Shown: piece by piece, positions 12,658-25,280 of the stretch
Layout of the letters: the number at the start of each line of letters is the position of its first letter
Numbering within the stretch: position 1 is the stretch's first letter
Origin: Asterionella formosa
Lineage: Eukaryota
Direction of reading: 5' to 3'
DNA: 45,270 nucleotides
Assembly: GCA_002256025.1 (NCBI GenBank)
Contig: NKIB01014283.1
Span: 1-45,270, forward strand
Notes under the pieces: generated by a model
Seen by the model: only the letters and a program-made list of their open reading frames with translations
Database searches by the model: none
Told to the model about the DNA's origin: nothing
Position numbers and translations under genes: made by a program

Positions 12658-13447
12658 ATGTCATCATTGTCACTGCACAATGACGAACAAGTAGATCAAC
12701 ATTGGACTGAAGAAGGTGCCGTGAATATCAGCCAACGATGGCAATGATGATGATGGTAATGATGTCATCAGAAATCAATTTTTTGATAATGAAAACAACC
12801 ATCAATTCTTTGATTACGATGAACATGATCAATTCTTTATCCATTGTCATATGGCTCTGGAGGCTGAAACGAAAGTTAAAAAGAGGAAGGCGAAATGGGA
12901 GCATGAGAGAATGTCATGGCATTCTCATGTCAAGAAGCTGTGTCATGAGGACGCTTTTGAAAAGACTTATAGAATGTCCCTTCGAGCCTTTAAGAAGTTG
13001 GTTTACTTGCTGGAGAGTGATGTCATTGGGAATTTCTCCAAGTGCGGTACAGCTACTCTTTCTTTCCCAGCCACGGATCAGGATAGAGATGGCATTTGGT
13101 TTGTTACAGAAAAAATGGGCTGTTCTAAAAAAAACTTAACAACTGGCTTGGAAATAACTGCAAAAGTGCTTGAGGTATGTGCACGGTTGCACAATTATGT
13201 CATAGACGAAAATAAAGTTGATAAGGATATTTTTGGGTCATCTGGAAGTGATGAGGCAGATGATATCCAGGAGATTTTAGCTGAAATCACCCCAGTCTAC
13301 AATTCTCCACTTGGTTGGGGATATTTGCCAACGGTTGAGAAATTGGATGTAATGCCTGGTAGTTCTGTCATTCGAGATATTATTCTTAAAAGAATTCGTC
13401 TGCAAATAAAAACTATCATATTTCCAAGATGCATCTTAGGATTGTGA
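12658..13447 (+). pseudogene. Internally deleted Harbinger transposase
   Basis: N-terminal KWEHERMSWHSHVKKL..YRMSLRAFKKLVYLL is joined near 13050 directly to SQPRIRIEMAFGLLQKKW and VCARLHNYVID. The GxIDG and GDxAY catalytic segments are missing, and there are frameshifts. Confidence 0.88.
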
Positions 13448-15391
13448 TCATCTGATCATAATTTTTCGTTATATCATCTAATAATTTTGATAAATGCCTT
13501 TGTAATTTAAATAGTAACCCTTTTGACTACATATATTTAATTATTATATGTATTGTTTCTATTTGATTCCTGTATTCGAATTTCTTGGTAGGATAATGTA
13601 CCAGTTCAAGTAATGTAATTTGGCTCATCATTTCCATCCGTCATCACTCCGATTTTTGCAACAACAACGAAATACTAGCGATGACAAGCGGAATGAATGT
13701 TTGCGACAACGTCTTCAATTTGTTGGTCAAGTGATCATTATATCTTCGAGTAATCGTCATGTGCAGTGAACCTTTGTTCATAATCATTCAATTAAGAGTT
13801 TACAGGAGAGAAGAAATCATTCGAACTCGTAATGGTTCCGCACACAGCGCACAAAGTAAATCCGTTTCGTCGACTTCAGCATGACAATTTCACCAATCAA
13901 CCCGAAAACAAACACATTCTACTTGTTCTCTTTGACATTTTCAATTCTCACATGATACTACATCTACTATTGAGATTCAGCATAGAAGGAGATACGAAAA
14001 TGTGCGTAACAAACTACTGTCCACATAGCTATAGTTATAGAATGATTCTGATTAGAACGCATTTCATTTTCATATCGCTCGCTCGTTTCTGCATTTGGCA
14101 TACTGTACTTGAATTAACTACTATTGAACTTGTCCGCATCTTTGATACCATCAAGAGAGCGAAAGCAATTGGCTCTTTTCATTGTTGTTTGCTCGTAAGA
14201 AAATTTTGATATCTGTATCGTCATTTGCTTGTTGGAACTGTCCGTTGCCTCCTCAAACCTGCTTGGCATGTGCGTACACACACTGTCGACTTGTTTTCAA
14301 TGTTATGTTGTTCTTGTATTCACTGTTGAACTTGTCCACATCTTTGTTACCATCAATAGAGCGACAAGTGGGTCTCTTTATTGTTGTTTGCTCCTGGAAA
14401 AGTCGGTGTCCATGTCATCCTGCCTCATCAATAGAGAGACAAGTTCTTTCGTTGGTTGGAAAAATTGGTACCCGTGGTATCATCATTCGCTCGTTCGAAC
14501 CACTGTCCGTTGCCTAAAACCTGATTAGCGTGTGAGTACCGGTATGTGCACTGTCGACTTTTGTACATTACAGGCGGAGTGACTTAGCTACTAAATTGCG
14601 TGATATAATAATATACCCTGTAGCACGATGCAGAATACAGTTGCTTCCCAATCATCTCATCATGATTGATAAGATGATACTGTGATATCATGATAGGGTT
14701 ACATCGATGCATACATCACCAAAGTATGATACGTAATTTTTGAATAAAGTACATCACATAGCTATGATAGATTGATCCTAAAACTATGATGATTTTATAA
14801 AATGTTTATGATATAATTTTGATCAAAATATGATTATGTTAAAATAATACAATGACAATAAAATACGATAAAAAATGCACGCAAGTGTTACCAACAAGAC
14901 ATCATAGAAAATAAATCAAGCAATCATAAAGTATGTTAATTAATATATATGTTTGTCGTTTTATTAATTAAAATATATGTTTGTCGTTTTAATGTATACA
15001 GTTAAAGTCAACAGTTAATATGATAGTATTATTCAGTGGATAGGATCTAAGTATACGGATGAGTTGATATTTACATCACTATAATATGATTTGTGACATG
15101 GATTGATGCATATCACATACCGGTATCCTCAACAACCAGCCATCACGTTCATTGTTGGGTCGTCTTTCCTTGTTTTAGCTATATACCGGTATATGCCGGC
15201 ATGTGTATTGTGTAAACACTACGCTGGCGGAACATGCATATTACACTGTGCTCTCTTCATCAGTTACTACACTCGGTTACCATCACACCAGTTCCACCTC
15301 CACAGGCGCCGCAATAAGCTCCGCGAAAAGCTCCGCATTTCCCTTCCACTGTTTTACATCATAATCTTCTGGCCCTTTGAAAACTTTCCAA

Positions 15392-17000
15392 ATGGCATTT
15401 CACGGATTTCATGCTCGAAAGGATCAGTCAAATAAGAAACGAGACTTACTTCCATTGTTTACAAAAAACACTACACGACTTCATGCATGTTTTCGGAAAA
15501 GAAGATGAAGAAAGTTATGAAATCAATCGAAGATTCCTTTGAATACACTCAAAGATCAAATGAATTTGAACAGATTCATAATACTCCAGAAAAAATAATG
15601 AAGTATGCCGATACAATAGTGCGTGGCTGAGATTGAAAAGAAGGAAAGATTGCTTTCGAAGAGGAAACCCAAACAGTTGGTCTTCGTAGATGAAGACTCT
15701 ATTCGTACAGAGTCACAGTTCCACCATCCAGTGTCGTATTTGCTCCTAATTCTCCCGAAATCGCTGATAATGAAGGAGAACTCAGTGATTCTCATTCATT
15801 TGATGAACAAAATCATGCGATGAATGAAAATATCGGCAGAAATGTGGCAGACATCACTTCCGAAGTAGAAATGGTTGAAAAGTCACAAAACCAAGAAATA
15901 TATGTCTCATTGCTATTCGTCCAGAACATCAAGATGACCATCATAAAAGCAGAGAAACTATTGCATTTCTAAAAAAAAGATATTCAAGAAAAAGTCTGCG
16001 CTAGATCAAGACCTCGAATTCAAAAAGATCAATGCAGACAGAGATGTGATGCTGGCTAAGGCAGTTGATGCTCTGAATAGGGAACGAAGTCAGAAACACA
16101 AAATTGAATCTTTTTCCAAATCATGCATGGAAGAAAAAGATTAGGATTTCTTTGTAAAAACATTGAAAACAATCCCGAAGGCAGCTACTTTTGTGAAGAG
16201 TCGGCATGTGAAATGTGTAGAGTTATTATGCCAAAGCAAACGGCATTTTCCTTGAGTTTGCCGAAATCGCATGGACAACTAAAATTGTGGAAAGATTTGT
16301 ACACTTGTACCCCACAAGATATATGCAATTACGCCTCTGTATTTTATGGAGTCAAAGGTATCAAAAAAGTCATCTTCAGATTTTAAAGTTCTTGCATATT
16401 GGGACCTTGAAACAATTACCTCTATGATCCATTATATAAGCAATTCATGAACTTCATCCAAGTGATGTAAAGGTTATATTTGATCTGGATGAGAACACAG
16501 AAAAGGGTACTAATAACAATCCATATATATACCAAGGTGATTGTCATCCACTTCATCACAAAAGTAACTATGTTCTAATTGTGTATTGCAAAAGATCAGA
16601 TGAGGAGGAAAACAATCATTTTGTGCATTATCTTTTTGCTATAAATGATGGATTATGTCAAGTCCGTGACCCAGGAAAAGATGCAAGTGTGGATGAACAT
16701 TATGATCAAGTATTTCACCTTGCCCGTAAGTACTGCATCATCCCCGGATGCAGAAAAGAATTGGAATTGTTATGCAACGATACAGGATATCTTCCACAAG
16801 AATCCCATATACCTGAAGCAATTGGGTTCTCGGAACATTCGGCAAACCAATCCTGTTTGTGATTGAAAATGCCTTTCATACTACTTGGACCAGATAGGGC
16901 GGGATGTTTGATTCTCTTTTGGGACCAGAAAAATCACATTAAATTGATTTTCTGTTTTACAGTAGTTCTGATAAGGCTGCTGAAATTGAAGAGTCTTGAT
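15392..17000 (+). pseudogene. Decayed unknown cargo gene with a charged/coiled-coil part and a Cys-rich part
   Basis: A chain of same-strand protein-like fragments (FCEESACEMCR, LWKDLYTCTPQDICNY, YCIIPGCRKEL) broken by stops and frameshifts. No family recognised. Confidence 0.4.
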
Positions 17001-17481
17001 AACCTCGTATGGACGAGTTTTGAACCGAATTACGACCTTTGTAGTGATTGAGTTCATTGATCAATTGATAATATCCTTTGGCAAGTGCAAAATGTTTTTC
17101 CCTCAGATTGTCATGTACTTGTTGGTCCGTGTGATTAGAAAATTTATGATATGGTACCATGTCGTCCATCTGCATCCGGGAGTTATTAATGGTATCATCG
17201 ACAGGAGCCATTTTTCTTGTATCAATAATTGAAGTAGAAACGTCATCATCGCTGTCAGTATCAATTACGGGATCCTTTGTACTAGTAGCTGATGGTGTCC
17301 CCATCAACGATGGGGTATTACCCCCAATGTCTCCCAATCGCTGATTGGGTTGCTTTGGATAATCGCCTATTCGCTTTTTCTTTGTTAACTCATTTTGAAA
17401 CTTGCTTCTTTGTTCCATACCGGCAGTATTTGCCACATGTCGCTTGTTTCCATGAACCTCTTTATGGTTTCTTGAAGACAT
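16957..17481 (-). CDS. Unknown 174 aa low-complexity ORF inside the Harbinger element, possibly the last exon of a cargo gene
   Basis: ATG-initiated open frame in an otherwise stop-rich region, with a KKKR basic patch and an acidic DTDSDDD patch. Confidence 0.35.
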   Translation of the reverse strand: MSSRNHKEVHGNKRHVANTAGMEQRSKFQNELTKKKRIGDYPKQPNQRLGDIGGNTPSLMGTPSATSTKDPVIDTDSDDDVSTSIIDTRKMAPVDDTINNSRMQMDDMVPYHKFSNHTDQQVHDNLREKHFALAKGYYQLINELNHYKGRNSVQNSSIRGYQDSSISAALSELL

Positions 17482-17689
17482 TGTACTACTAGATAACTGT
17501 TGTCGTTGTCTTCCTTAAAGTTCGATGATCTTAAATTCAGGTGTTGCTAGTTACAATAAAATGAATCATCAGCCACTACAAATAATATTTTACGCTGTCT
17601 ACATATGATGATACCTTAAGACCAATAGTGCTATTTACATTATCATATACAAAATCAGAACCGAGTTTGAGTAATGATAGCATATCTTG

Positions 17690-18145
17690 TTTTCAATTAT
17701 ACGATTATACGATCCTGAAACTATGATGCTTTACTGTCCCACGGTAGTAGCAATAGTCCTGAACATATGGTATTCTGTTGCTCGCTTACTACTCCGACTA
17801 CCACTTTTCAGTTGTACGATCACACAATCCTAAAACTATGATGATTTACTGTCCCACTGCAGTAGCAGCAGTCATGAACATATGATGTTCTGTTGCTCGC
17901 TTATTAGTCCGACTATCTTTTTTAGTATTATGATCATATGATCCTAAAACTATGATGATTTACTGTCCCGCTGCAGTAGCAGCAGTCATAGACATATGGT
18001 GTTCTGTTGCTTGCTTATTATTCCGACTATTGGTTTTTAGTTTTACGATCATACAATCCTAAAACTATGATGATTTACTGTCCCACTGAAGTAGCAACAG
18101 TCCTGAACATATGGTGTTCTGTTGCTAGTTTACTACTCCGACTAC
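17690..18145. repeat. Tandem repeat, 4 copies of 114-115 bp
   Basis: ATCCT(G/A)AAACTATGATG begins at 17712, 17827, 17941 and 18056 (spacing 115, 114, 115). Confidence 0.95.
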
Positions 18146-19961
18146 CCCCAGTATATCACTTACTACCTGCTACTGGTACTCTGTGTATATATATGATATA
18201 TTGTTATTGTCATATGATGTATCGGTACACATGAAGAGCTCCCACCAAAAAAAGGGGCTTAAACAATTTGTTACCAAAACCCTTGCGGCAATTAAATGGT
18301 CTAAATAATTAGTTTCAACGGACGTAGAAAATATCGATGCAAACAAATTTCAGAAACAATTCCGGTAGACGTAGTCGTGAAAAAAAATGGACATATAGTG
18401 CATTGAGTATTTTCGAATTATGTATAGTATGCGAGTATGATCATCTCAACCATATCAGATGTTCCATCATATCGAGAGCGCCTTTGAATTTTATAAATGT
18501 ATAACACTTCATATATATATATATATATAAATATATATATTAACAAATTTTATTACTATATTCATGGCATATATATTTTTGAAATCATTCTGTCATGTTA
18601 ACAAACAATGCCTGCTGCTTCATGAAAAGATATGTCATAGTAAAGCACATGACAAGAAAAGAAAGTTTACGCAATACATAACGAAAAAAATTCTTGTGGC
18701 TTCGACACATTGCGCCTTCGAAGGATGGAGAATGTTTAAGGTAATGAAGCCATCAATGTGGTACTTGGATGACAATCGTTGGGAGGCAGGCAGCACAACA
18801 ACAAATTGTTAACTAAACGCAGCCACATTTCCTTTTTTCTCAGTTGATGCTCATTCAACAGCTCGTTTCGCTTGTTGCTTGGGGAGCACCAATGTAAAAG
18901 AAAACAAACCAAATTGCGTAAGTGCTCTTGTCGCTCGTTGGACCTATTCACTTCTGTTGGAACAAAACTGACAAAACGTTTACCTTCTCTCAAAGTTAAG
19001 CTGACAAAAATGAACCAGTAAGTTTTATTCAACCACATTGGATACCTGAAACTTACTTATTCAAGAATTTGGCTTACTGACAAGTTACTATTACAGACTT
19101 ATGCATCAGTTGCATTGATTTGTGGTAAGTGAAGCAAGAGGATACGATGGAATTGCGTGTTCTTATGTCAATGTAACATGACTAGCTAACAAATCATTCC
19201 TTCTCATTGTTACTGTAACTGCATCGGAGAATAAAACCAATCAAACAACGGAATAGTCGGTGAGTTCAGAGTGTCACTAAATGCAGGAAGAAATGCGAGA
19301 CATTAAGCACTGCATGGCGCAAGATTCAGAATAGAGTAAGGAAAGGGCGAGACAGGAACAATCTACATTGAGCCAAGTAGAGAGAGAAACGTTGGGTCGC
19401 TGGCCTGTAGAATCATAGATAGCATTGCTAAATTTGATAGTTAAAATACGATCCGTTCCAATCCTTTTTTAACAATCCTTGTAATTAGAAATATGATCAT
19501 AATTAAGATAGATATACGATGAAACAATTCAAATGATAGCATAGTGTTGAGCTGATTTTAGGATGCATTTTAGTTAAAATTTACATTTGGCGATCACGAG
19601 AAGTGAAAATAGTATGAGAAGGTTTATGATGTTGACGAGAAATGTTGTTGATCAGTTTATATACATTGTGTGATGATAATGCTCTTATTATCATTATACT
19701 TCAAGGTCGGTAACATATTAATAAATCATCATAGTTACAAGATACCATGATCATATTTTTGATCCAAAAATTATCATATATACGAAAATCCTGTGCCACT
19801 TAGCGTACAATACCCTTGATCCTATATGCATGATACTTTTTATTTGCAGACGTTGCTAACATGGGTTTGCAAAGACCTCCAGGTAATATTGAAAGAAAAA
19901 GGTTGGAGTTACATGAATTAAATTTAATGTAGATTATAATTGATTGATGAAAACAAATTAT

Positions 19962-21470
19962 TCATTTCAATGTGTCACTTTGAGACAAGAGATTGAAGAC
20001 CTGATCACGCTTTCTTTTACACAATGCAATTTCTAAACGAGCTCGGACAATGTCAGAACTTGAAGAGTCATAATCTTTATTTTCGAGTTCATCCAGTTCC
20101 TCCCGCGCAACTCTTAGTCGGACCTTATACTTATCCAAGACATCCAGTAGATCATTTTCTCTGCGTGGTGCAGTTGTAGACTTTAGCAGTCTAAGTTTTG
20201 CAACATTTGACTTCTCAAATGATTCAAATGCACTTGCAAGTTTTTGATAAGATGATGTAGGTTTTTGCGTCAAGATTGCATGTCTTCCCTTCTTTCTAAC
20301 ACTGAAATTGCTTGAAGATTTTGATTTTGATGAAAATGTGGTGGCAGTATCGTCAATGTCTACACTCTCACGGAAGGCATAATTTGGTAACAGTGGTACA
20401 GCAAAATTCAATAGATGCGGAACTTGACACAACCAAAGATGGCAGTAATATAGGAAATGACGTGACCCAACAAAGTTGACAAAATCATCATGATTGCCTG
20501 ATTGTTTGTTTTTTCGATAGGCAACTTGATAATGATGATTAATGTATCCCATTACCAATGAAAAGTCTTTGGAAGTGAGGACATCATATGTTTTTGCGTA
20601 GTCAGCATCAATTCCAACTTGGTCCCAGTATTCATCTTCGGGAAATGCTAGAATGGTGCAGTCGTCATCCTCATCATCAATATATGTGACAACAAGTCGA
20701 TCGAAAATGAACTTGTGTCGAAATCTTCTTGCATCAAGTTCAGCCAGAGTTGGTGGCTGACCTAGACGCAAAACATTACTGCGATGCTTGTTGCACATGT
20801 AGACATTAATGACACGGAAGTATGTGTTGCTGCAGGTCACAGCATCTGGAGGGGTTGACTTTGCCTGTGTCTTATTCTTTTTCGCTTTTTTTACAGGAGG
20901 GTTAACTTCCTCTTGTTCAAACTGAGGATCGACCAAAGACTCATGTGGCTGCACTGCTGTTGCCTCTTGAACTTTGTCGTTCCTTTCATCATTATCATCT
21001 TCGCAATCTTCATCAACTTTGAATTCCTCATCATTAATTGATGAATGTTCGTGATTATCATTATCACTATCCAATTAAATGTCTGATTCATTGACATTGA
21101 AAGATCTAGGGAATATCCTCTGTGACAAGCTGTCTCATTTCAAAAGTCGAACAATCAAAGCAACAGTGAAAGCATTCTTCGCATTTTTGTATCCAGAAAC
21201 TTTGTTTCTGACGCAAATTTTTCGGAGAACCTTGACCGAGATCTGCTTCATTGCAATACCTTTGATGAAAATCACCTTTGTCCTTTCACTATCAAGCACA
21301 AAGTCATCAGGAAGTATGAGGGAGTCAACAAATCGATCGACTTCAGTATCTGTAGCAAGAGACTGCATTGTATTGTTGAAGGTGGTGGGTCGATCTTGAT
21401 GTACAGTGGTCTCCACATCAAGAACGCCAATATAAGTAAGTGGCAAGTATAAGTTTCTGTCTGGTGCCAT
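19962..21470 (-). pseudogene. Harbinger second (putative DNA-binding companion) ORF, about 500 codons with two premature stops
   Basis: ORFs 21135-21470 and 19962-21074 are in the same frame, separated by 20 codons (K*DSLSQRIFPRSFNVNESDI*LDSD). It starts just inside the right TIR, convergent with the transposase. Motifs YFRVINV, LDAR, QSGNHDDFVNFV and LYYCHLWL. Confidence 0.75.
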
Positions 21471-22232
21471 ATAATTGTATCAATGGTGTTGCTTGGACGA
21501 TGTACGCAGCCAGCAAAAAATTGAAGGAATAGTATATGGTGCCATTAATATTATTAGTGGTGCCTTGCCTTGCAGGCTTGTTTCGGTTATTTTATTAGTG
21601 ACAACGGAAATGATACCCGCGTAAAAACGTCAGTATCACTGATACCGTTTTTGGAGGGGGCAAAAAAAGGTATCAATTTTGTATCAATGATACAAAATTG
21701 ATACCATCAAGTTACCATTGCTGATACCGTGTTTTGATACCAACCGTCACTTCTTGCCCGCAACCCGGAAATGATACAGCAAATTCGGAATGATAAGAAC
21801 GACCCTTACCTGGTACCAGGTACCCACCAGGTACAACTGCGCCTTGTACAAGCATTCCCGTCAGCCGACGTCAAGTCAGTCCTTCCTTCACTACCTTTTC
21901 CTTGGCATCGCGGTCATCAGCCATCCAACCCCACTGATTGAAATGCAATTTAAATTCTTGCTTCATAAATGTGCCCTCTGTAATAGTATTGTTATCTTTT
22001 TTACCTCCCCCCCCCCCAAAAAAACAGCACTCAGTGTTCAACACACTGACACACACATACCAACCAACTCAATACCATAGACTTCATGCATATATCAGCT
22101 TGTACATTAATTTGCAAGCATCTCTTCAAACATTGATAAAGAATCGTTCGATCCTGACCCGTTTGACCATCTGAATGCTTAATTTCTCCTCCTACTACTG
22201 CTGCGCCAACTTTCTACTTCGTTATCACTACG

Positions 22233-23558
22233 ATGAAGCGTTCTCGAGAAAGATTGCTACTATCAATAGTAGCTTCTTTCGTTTCAAACACATTGTGCTT
22301 CATGCCCATTCTGGCCACAACATCGCGGCGCGCACGGCCATTTTTCCTTGCGACAAATGAACACAATCAACGACAACTCCTCGAGGACGAAGACGACGAC
22401 AATGATGTAGGCAGTAATGATTTGAACTTCCTCTTCAATCACGGTGTGTACGCAGAGCGAAAGCCGTTGAGAGAGGGAGAACCATTGAAGGATGTCAACT
22501 ATTTCAACAATTGGGGCATAGAGCACCATGAAATAGATTCCCCTATATTTCCGACAACAGTAGAAGCTGTGGCTACTGAGGCATGGCGTGCCATTGCAGG
22601 GACCCTCTGCCGGAAGCAGCGTATGGACCCGAATGAGTCTAGTAATGCCATGTCAGGTTCCATTCATGGATACCGACCCGTTCGCAGGGACCAAGACGTA
22701 GGGCGAATGGGAATTGAAGTGGACGGAGCGCAACATCTATATCCAGCCAATTCGGTAACTGACAATGATGCTGTACGGCGAGTGGCACTGAAGTTAGCCT
22801 CAAAATTGTCACAGGGACCATGGCAAGGTTTTGAAAGCAACAAAACAAAGGCTTTTTGTCGACCTGTTGCCGTCTACTTCAACACAATCAGGCAATCGCT
22901 TGTGGCTAGCCAGGAATTGAATTTACTGAAGCGAGGCTCCATGTTAGGTTCCAAAACAGATGATTCGTTTGATCATATCATAATCAACACCTTGGGCCAA
23001 GATAAGGTGATCCCACCGCACATGCAGTCCAGTCTTAGTGGCATAAAGCGCGGCCTCGACAGGGGAAAAGTCGATCCTACGAGAGGAATGATTATCATTG
23101 TTCAACCCACAGACTACAATGATGAGTTTCGACCTCCTGGCCCAGCTGTGGATGCCCTTAATGACCTGCAGCAACTCACAGCACGAGCTACAGCCGAAAA
23201 TTTAGCGGTTGTCATCATTTCGCCTCGGTTCCTTGTGATGGATCATGGACATTGGGATCAATCTGGGTATCAACAGTCATCAACATACGGTGGATCTGAA
23301 CCAGCCAAGGGACCCACCCCATGGGTCATGCGCGACTTTACTCCACCTGTTTATTGTTGGGTAGGAAATGGGCTAAATCTTCCCGGAACAAAGAATCGTA
23401 TGGGACTGACGCAATCAGTCATGTACGAGGGACACTCGTGGCACGTATTTGCTGGCGAGCAAGACCAGCAGTACCGATACCTGGCGAGTACAAAGACATC
23501 GGCGGGGAGACCTACATCGCAAATAATGAAACTTATTTATGAAGAGTGGGCTGTTTGA
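22233..23558 (+). CDS. Conserved-looking unknown protein with plastid-type presequence (possibly DUF1995-like)
   Basis: Intact 441 aa ORF with a signal peptide ending TLC-F and a Ser/Thr/Arg-rich transit region. The family assignment is tentative. Confidence 0.75.
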   Translation: MKRSRERLLLSIVASFVSNTLCFMPILATTSRRARPFFLATNEHNQRQLLEDEDDDNDVGSNDLNFLFNHGVYAERKPLREGEPLKDVNYFNNWGIEHHEIDSPIFPTTVEAVATEAWRAIAGTLCRKQRMDPNESSNAMSGSIHGYRPVRRDQDVGRMGIEVDGAQHLYPANSVTDNDAVRRVALKLASKLSQGPWQGFESNKTKAFCRPVAVYFNTIRQSLVASQELNLLKRGSMLGSKTDDSFDHIIINTLGQDKVIPPHMQSSLSGIKRGLDRGKVDPTRGMIIIVQPTDYNDEFRPPGPAVDALNDLQQLTARATAENLAVVIISPRFLVMDHGHWDQSGYQQSSTYGGSEPAKGPTPWVMRDFTPPVYCWVGNGLNLPGTKNRMGLTQSVMYEGHSWHVFAGEQDQQYRYLASTKTSAGRPTSQIMKLIYEEWAV

Positions 23559-23779
23559 GTTTATTGAGCGATATTGGGTGCTGCAATGATTGATTTACGT
23601 CGAAACTGACCAAATATTTCATTGTAGGCATCCTTTACAGTTCATACAGAATTTGTGTTTGTTCGAGTTTGTTCATATTGCCAACATAATAAAGGACGTG
23701 AATTCGACTTGGTGATGTAAGAGTTAATTTAAATACCGGTATACTGACATCTAACAATAAATAGGAACTTCAAACCTTT

Positions 23780-24850
23780 TGAATGTTCCCGTAAATGCAC
23801 GCTATCAACATGAAAATTTCATCACATCCTCCATGCTGTGACATTCAACATCCTCCATGTGATGTTCAATAGCTCGCAATTAACTCCTGGCTTAGCAGTG
23901 GAATAGCTGTAAAATGGTACAAGAATCTCCTTGTTCTCTTCAATCTGCACTGGCTGATAGCATTAGAAACATCTTGGAAAAGGTTGACTACATATCATCA
24001 TCATTCCTCCTGTCTTTCTTTGTGGCACACATTTATTCCTTCCAGAAACCCCAGTCACTATGATTCGAATACCTGCACGATCTATTTCCATTGTTTGTTA
24101 TATGTATTTTTATCCCTTCTGTCCAATTACTATGATTGAAACTCCCATTTCAGTTGTCCAAAGGCGCCATCACATTTGCTCCTTCCAGCTGAAGCAGCAG
24201 TTATTCTATTGCCTCAAAATCAATTCCCAATGAATTATTGCTTCCAAAGTATCACGGGTTCTGCCACTATCTATCATTCAGAAATACCATGCTCCCCAAT
24301 GATGTATCAGAAATTGATGAGCCAGGTCGATTGTCCTTTCTTTAACTTGCTTTATGTTCCTTCCTGGAACAAACCCTCAAGTTGAAATCAGCTTCTTCAT
24401 TTCATCCATTCAAATTTACCATCATGAAATCAAATGTGATCTCATTTTGCATCTCCAATCATCCACCAGGTTATCCTTTGCCTTATCCCACATACTACCA
24501 TCAAAATTTAACTTCACTTATGCAAGGCGCTTTAAGACTACTCATTTGCTAGAATGCTAGCGCTTCCTGGCGCTGACAGCAGCCCTGATGTTAATGTTCT
24601 TATGTACTTCTTGCTTAATAACACAGGATCAGTCCAACAAATGTGGCTGCTTAAAAATATTTTGTCGAATTTTGAAACATTTGTTACGATCAAAGACTCA
24701 TTTTTCTTCGCACCATTTATTCTCAACATACATACAAAGTAGGACATATCAGTTGAACAATGGCAAACTAGCCTTAATTATGAACTACACAACCGTAAAC
24801 ATAGTGATGATGGGAAGGAAGAAATTGATGGTATGCTCATTTTGATGATC
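23780..24850 (-). pseudogene. Heavily decayed DDE/D transposase, Sola-like
   Basis: The minus strand reads AGRSKCDGAFGQLK at about 24148-24190, like the GxGKxxxDGxxGxxK motif. It is preceded by KERT..AHQF and followed by TRRFLYHF. Many stops. Confidence 0.4.
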
Positions 24851-25213
24851 AGAACTATTATATATCTAGCCACATTGGCCATGTTAATGAAACATTCATA
24901 GAAAGTTTATGAAATGAAATGTATGATAGTATTGATGTTATAATTACAATAGGAGTGATTTTTTTATTTAGCTTCTTACAAATATTTGAGGAGATGGCCG
25001 ATGTAAAACAGCATAGGGCGGCATATTATATGTATAGCCTTGCCTAGTATGAAAAAATAAAAAAAATTATTAATTAAATTTTATAGTACGCTATTGTTAA
25101 AGAATTCGACAATTGTGGAGGTTGTGAAGTCGCACTTGGCCCCCAAGAGGGCCTTAGACCTGCTCGTTGTCTGCCTCACCACCCGGAACCCAAGGGACTA
25201 CATGAACAAAGCA

Positions 25214-25280
25214 GGTGGAGAATGCTGGAATCGAACCCGCCACCTCGGAAGGTGAGCTAACCAACTAAGCTATTCCCTAG
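25214..25280 (-). repeat. tRNA-like Pol III head (SINE-like or pseudo-tRNA)
   Basis: Minus strand GGGAATAGCTTAGTTGGTTAGC...GCGGGTTCGATTCCAGCATTCTCCA has canonical A and B boxes but is too short for a full anticodon arm. Confidence 0.6.

Larger units (their letters stand above)
12276..21805. mobile_element. Complete-ended, non-autonomous 9.5 kb PIF/Harbinger transposon
   Basis: 17 bp perfect TIR GGGTCGTTCTTATCATT / AATGATAAGAACGACCC and TTA target-site duplication (12273-12275, 21806-21808). GTATCA/TGATAC subterminal repeats at both ends. A transposase remnant and a convergent second ORF lie next to the termini. Confidence 0.93.

Noticed and set aside
14930..14993. 28 bp tandem duplication ATATATGTTTGTCGTTTTA
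   Set aside because: An ordinary local slippage duplication in AT-rich TE interior.
17690..18145. Possible CRISPR array
   Set aside because: Units are similar along their whole length with no unique spacers. The context is eukaryotic and no cas genes are present.
25214..25280. Functional tRNA gene
   Set aside because: A and B boxes are present, but there is too little sequence between them for an anticodon arm and the acceptor stem is imperfect.
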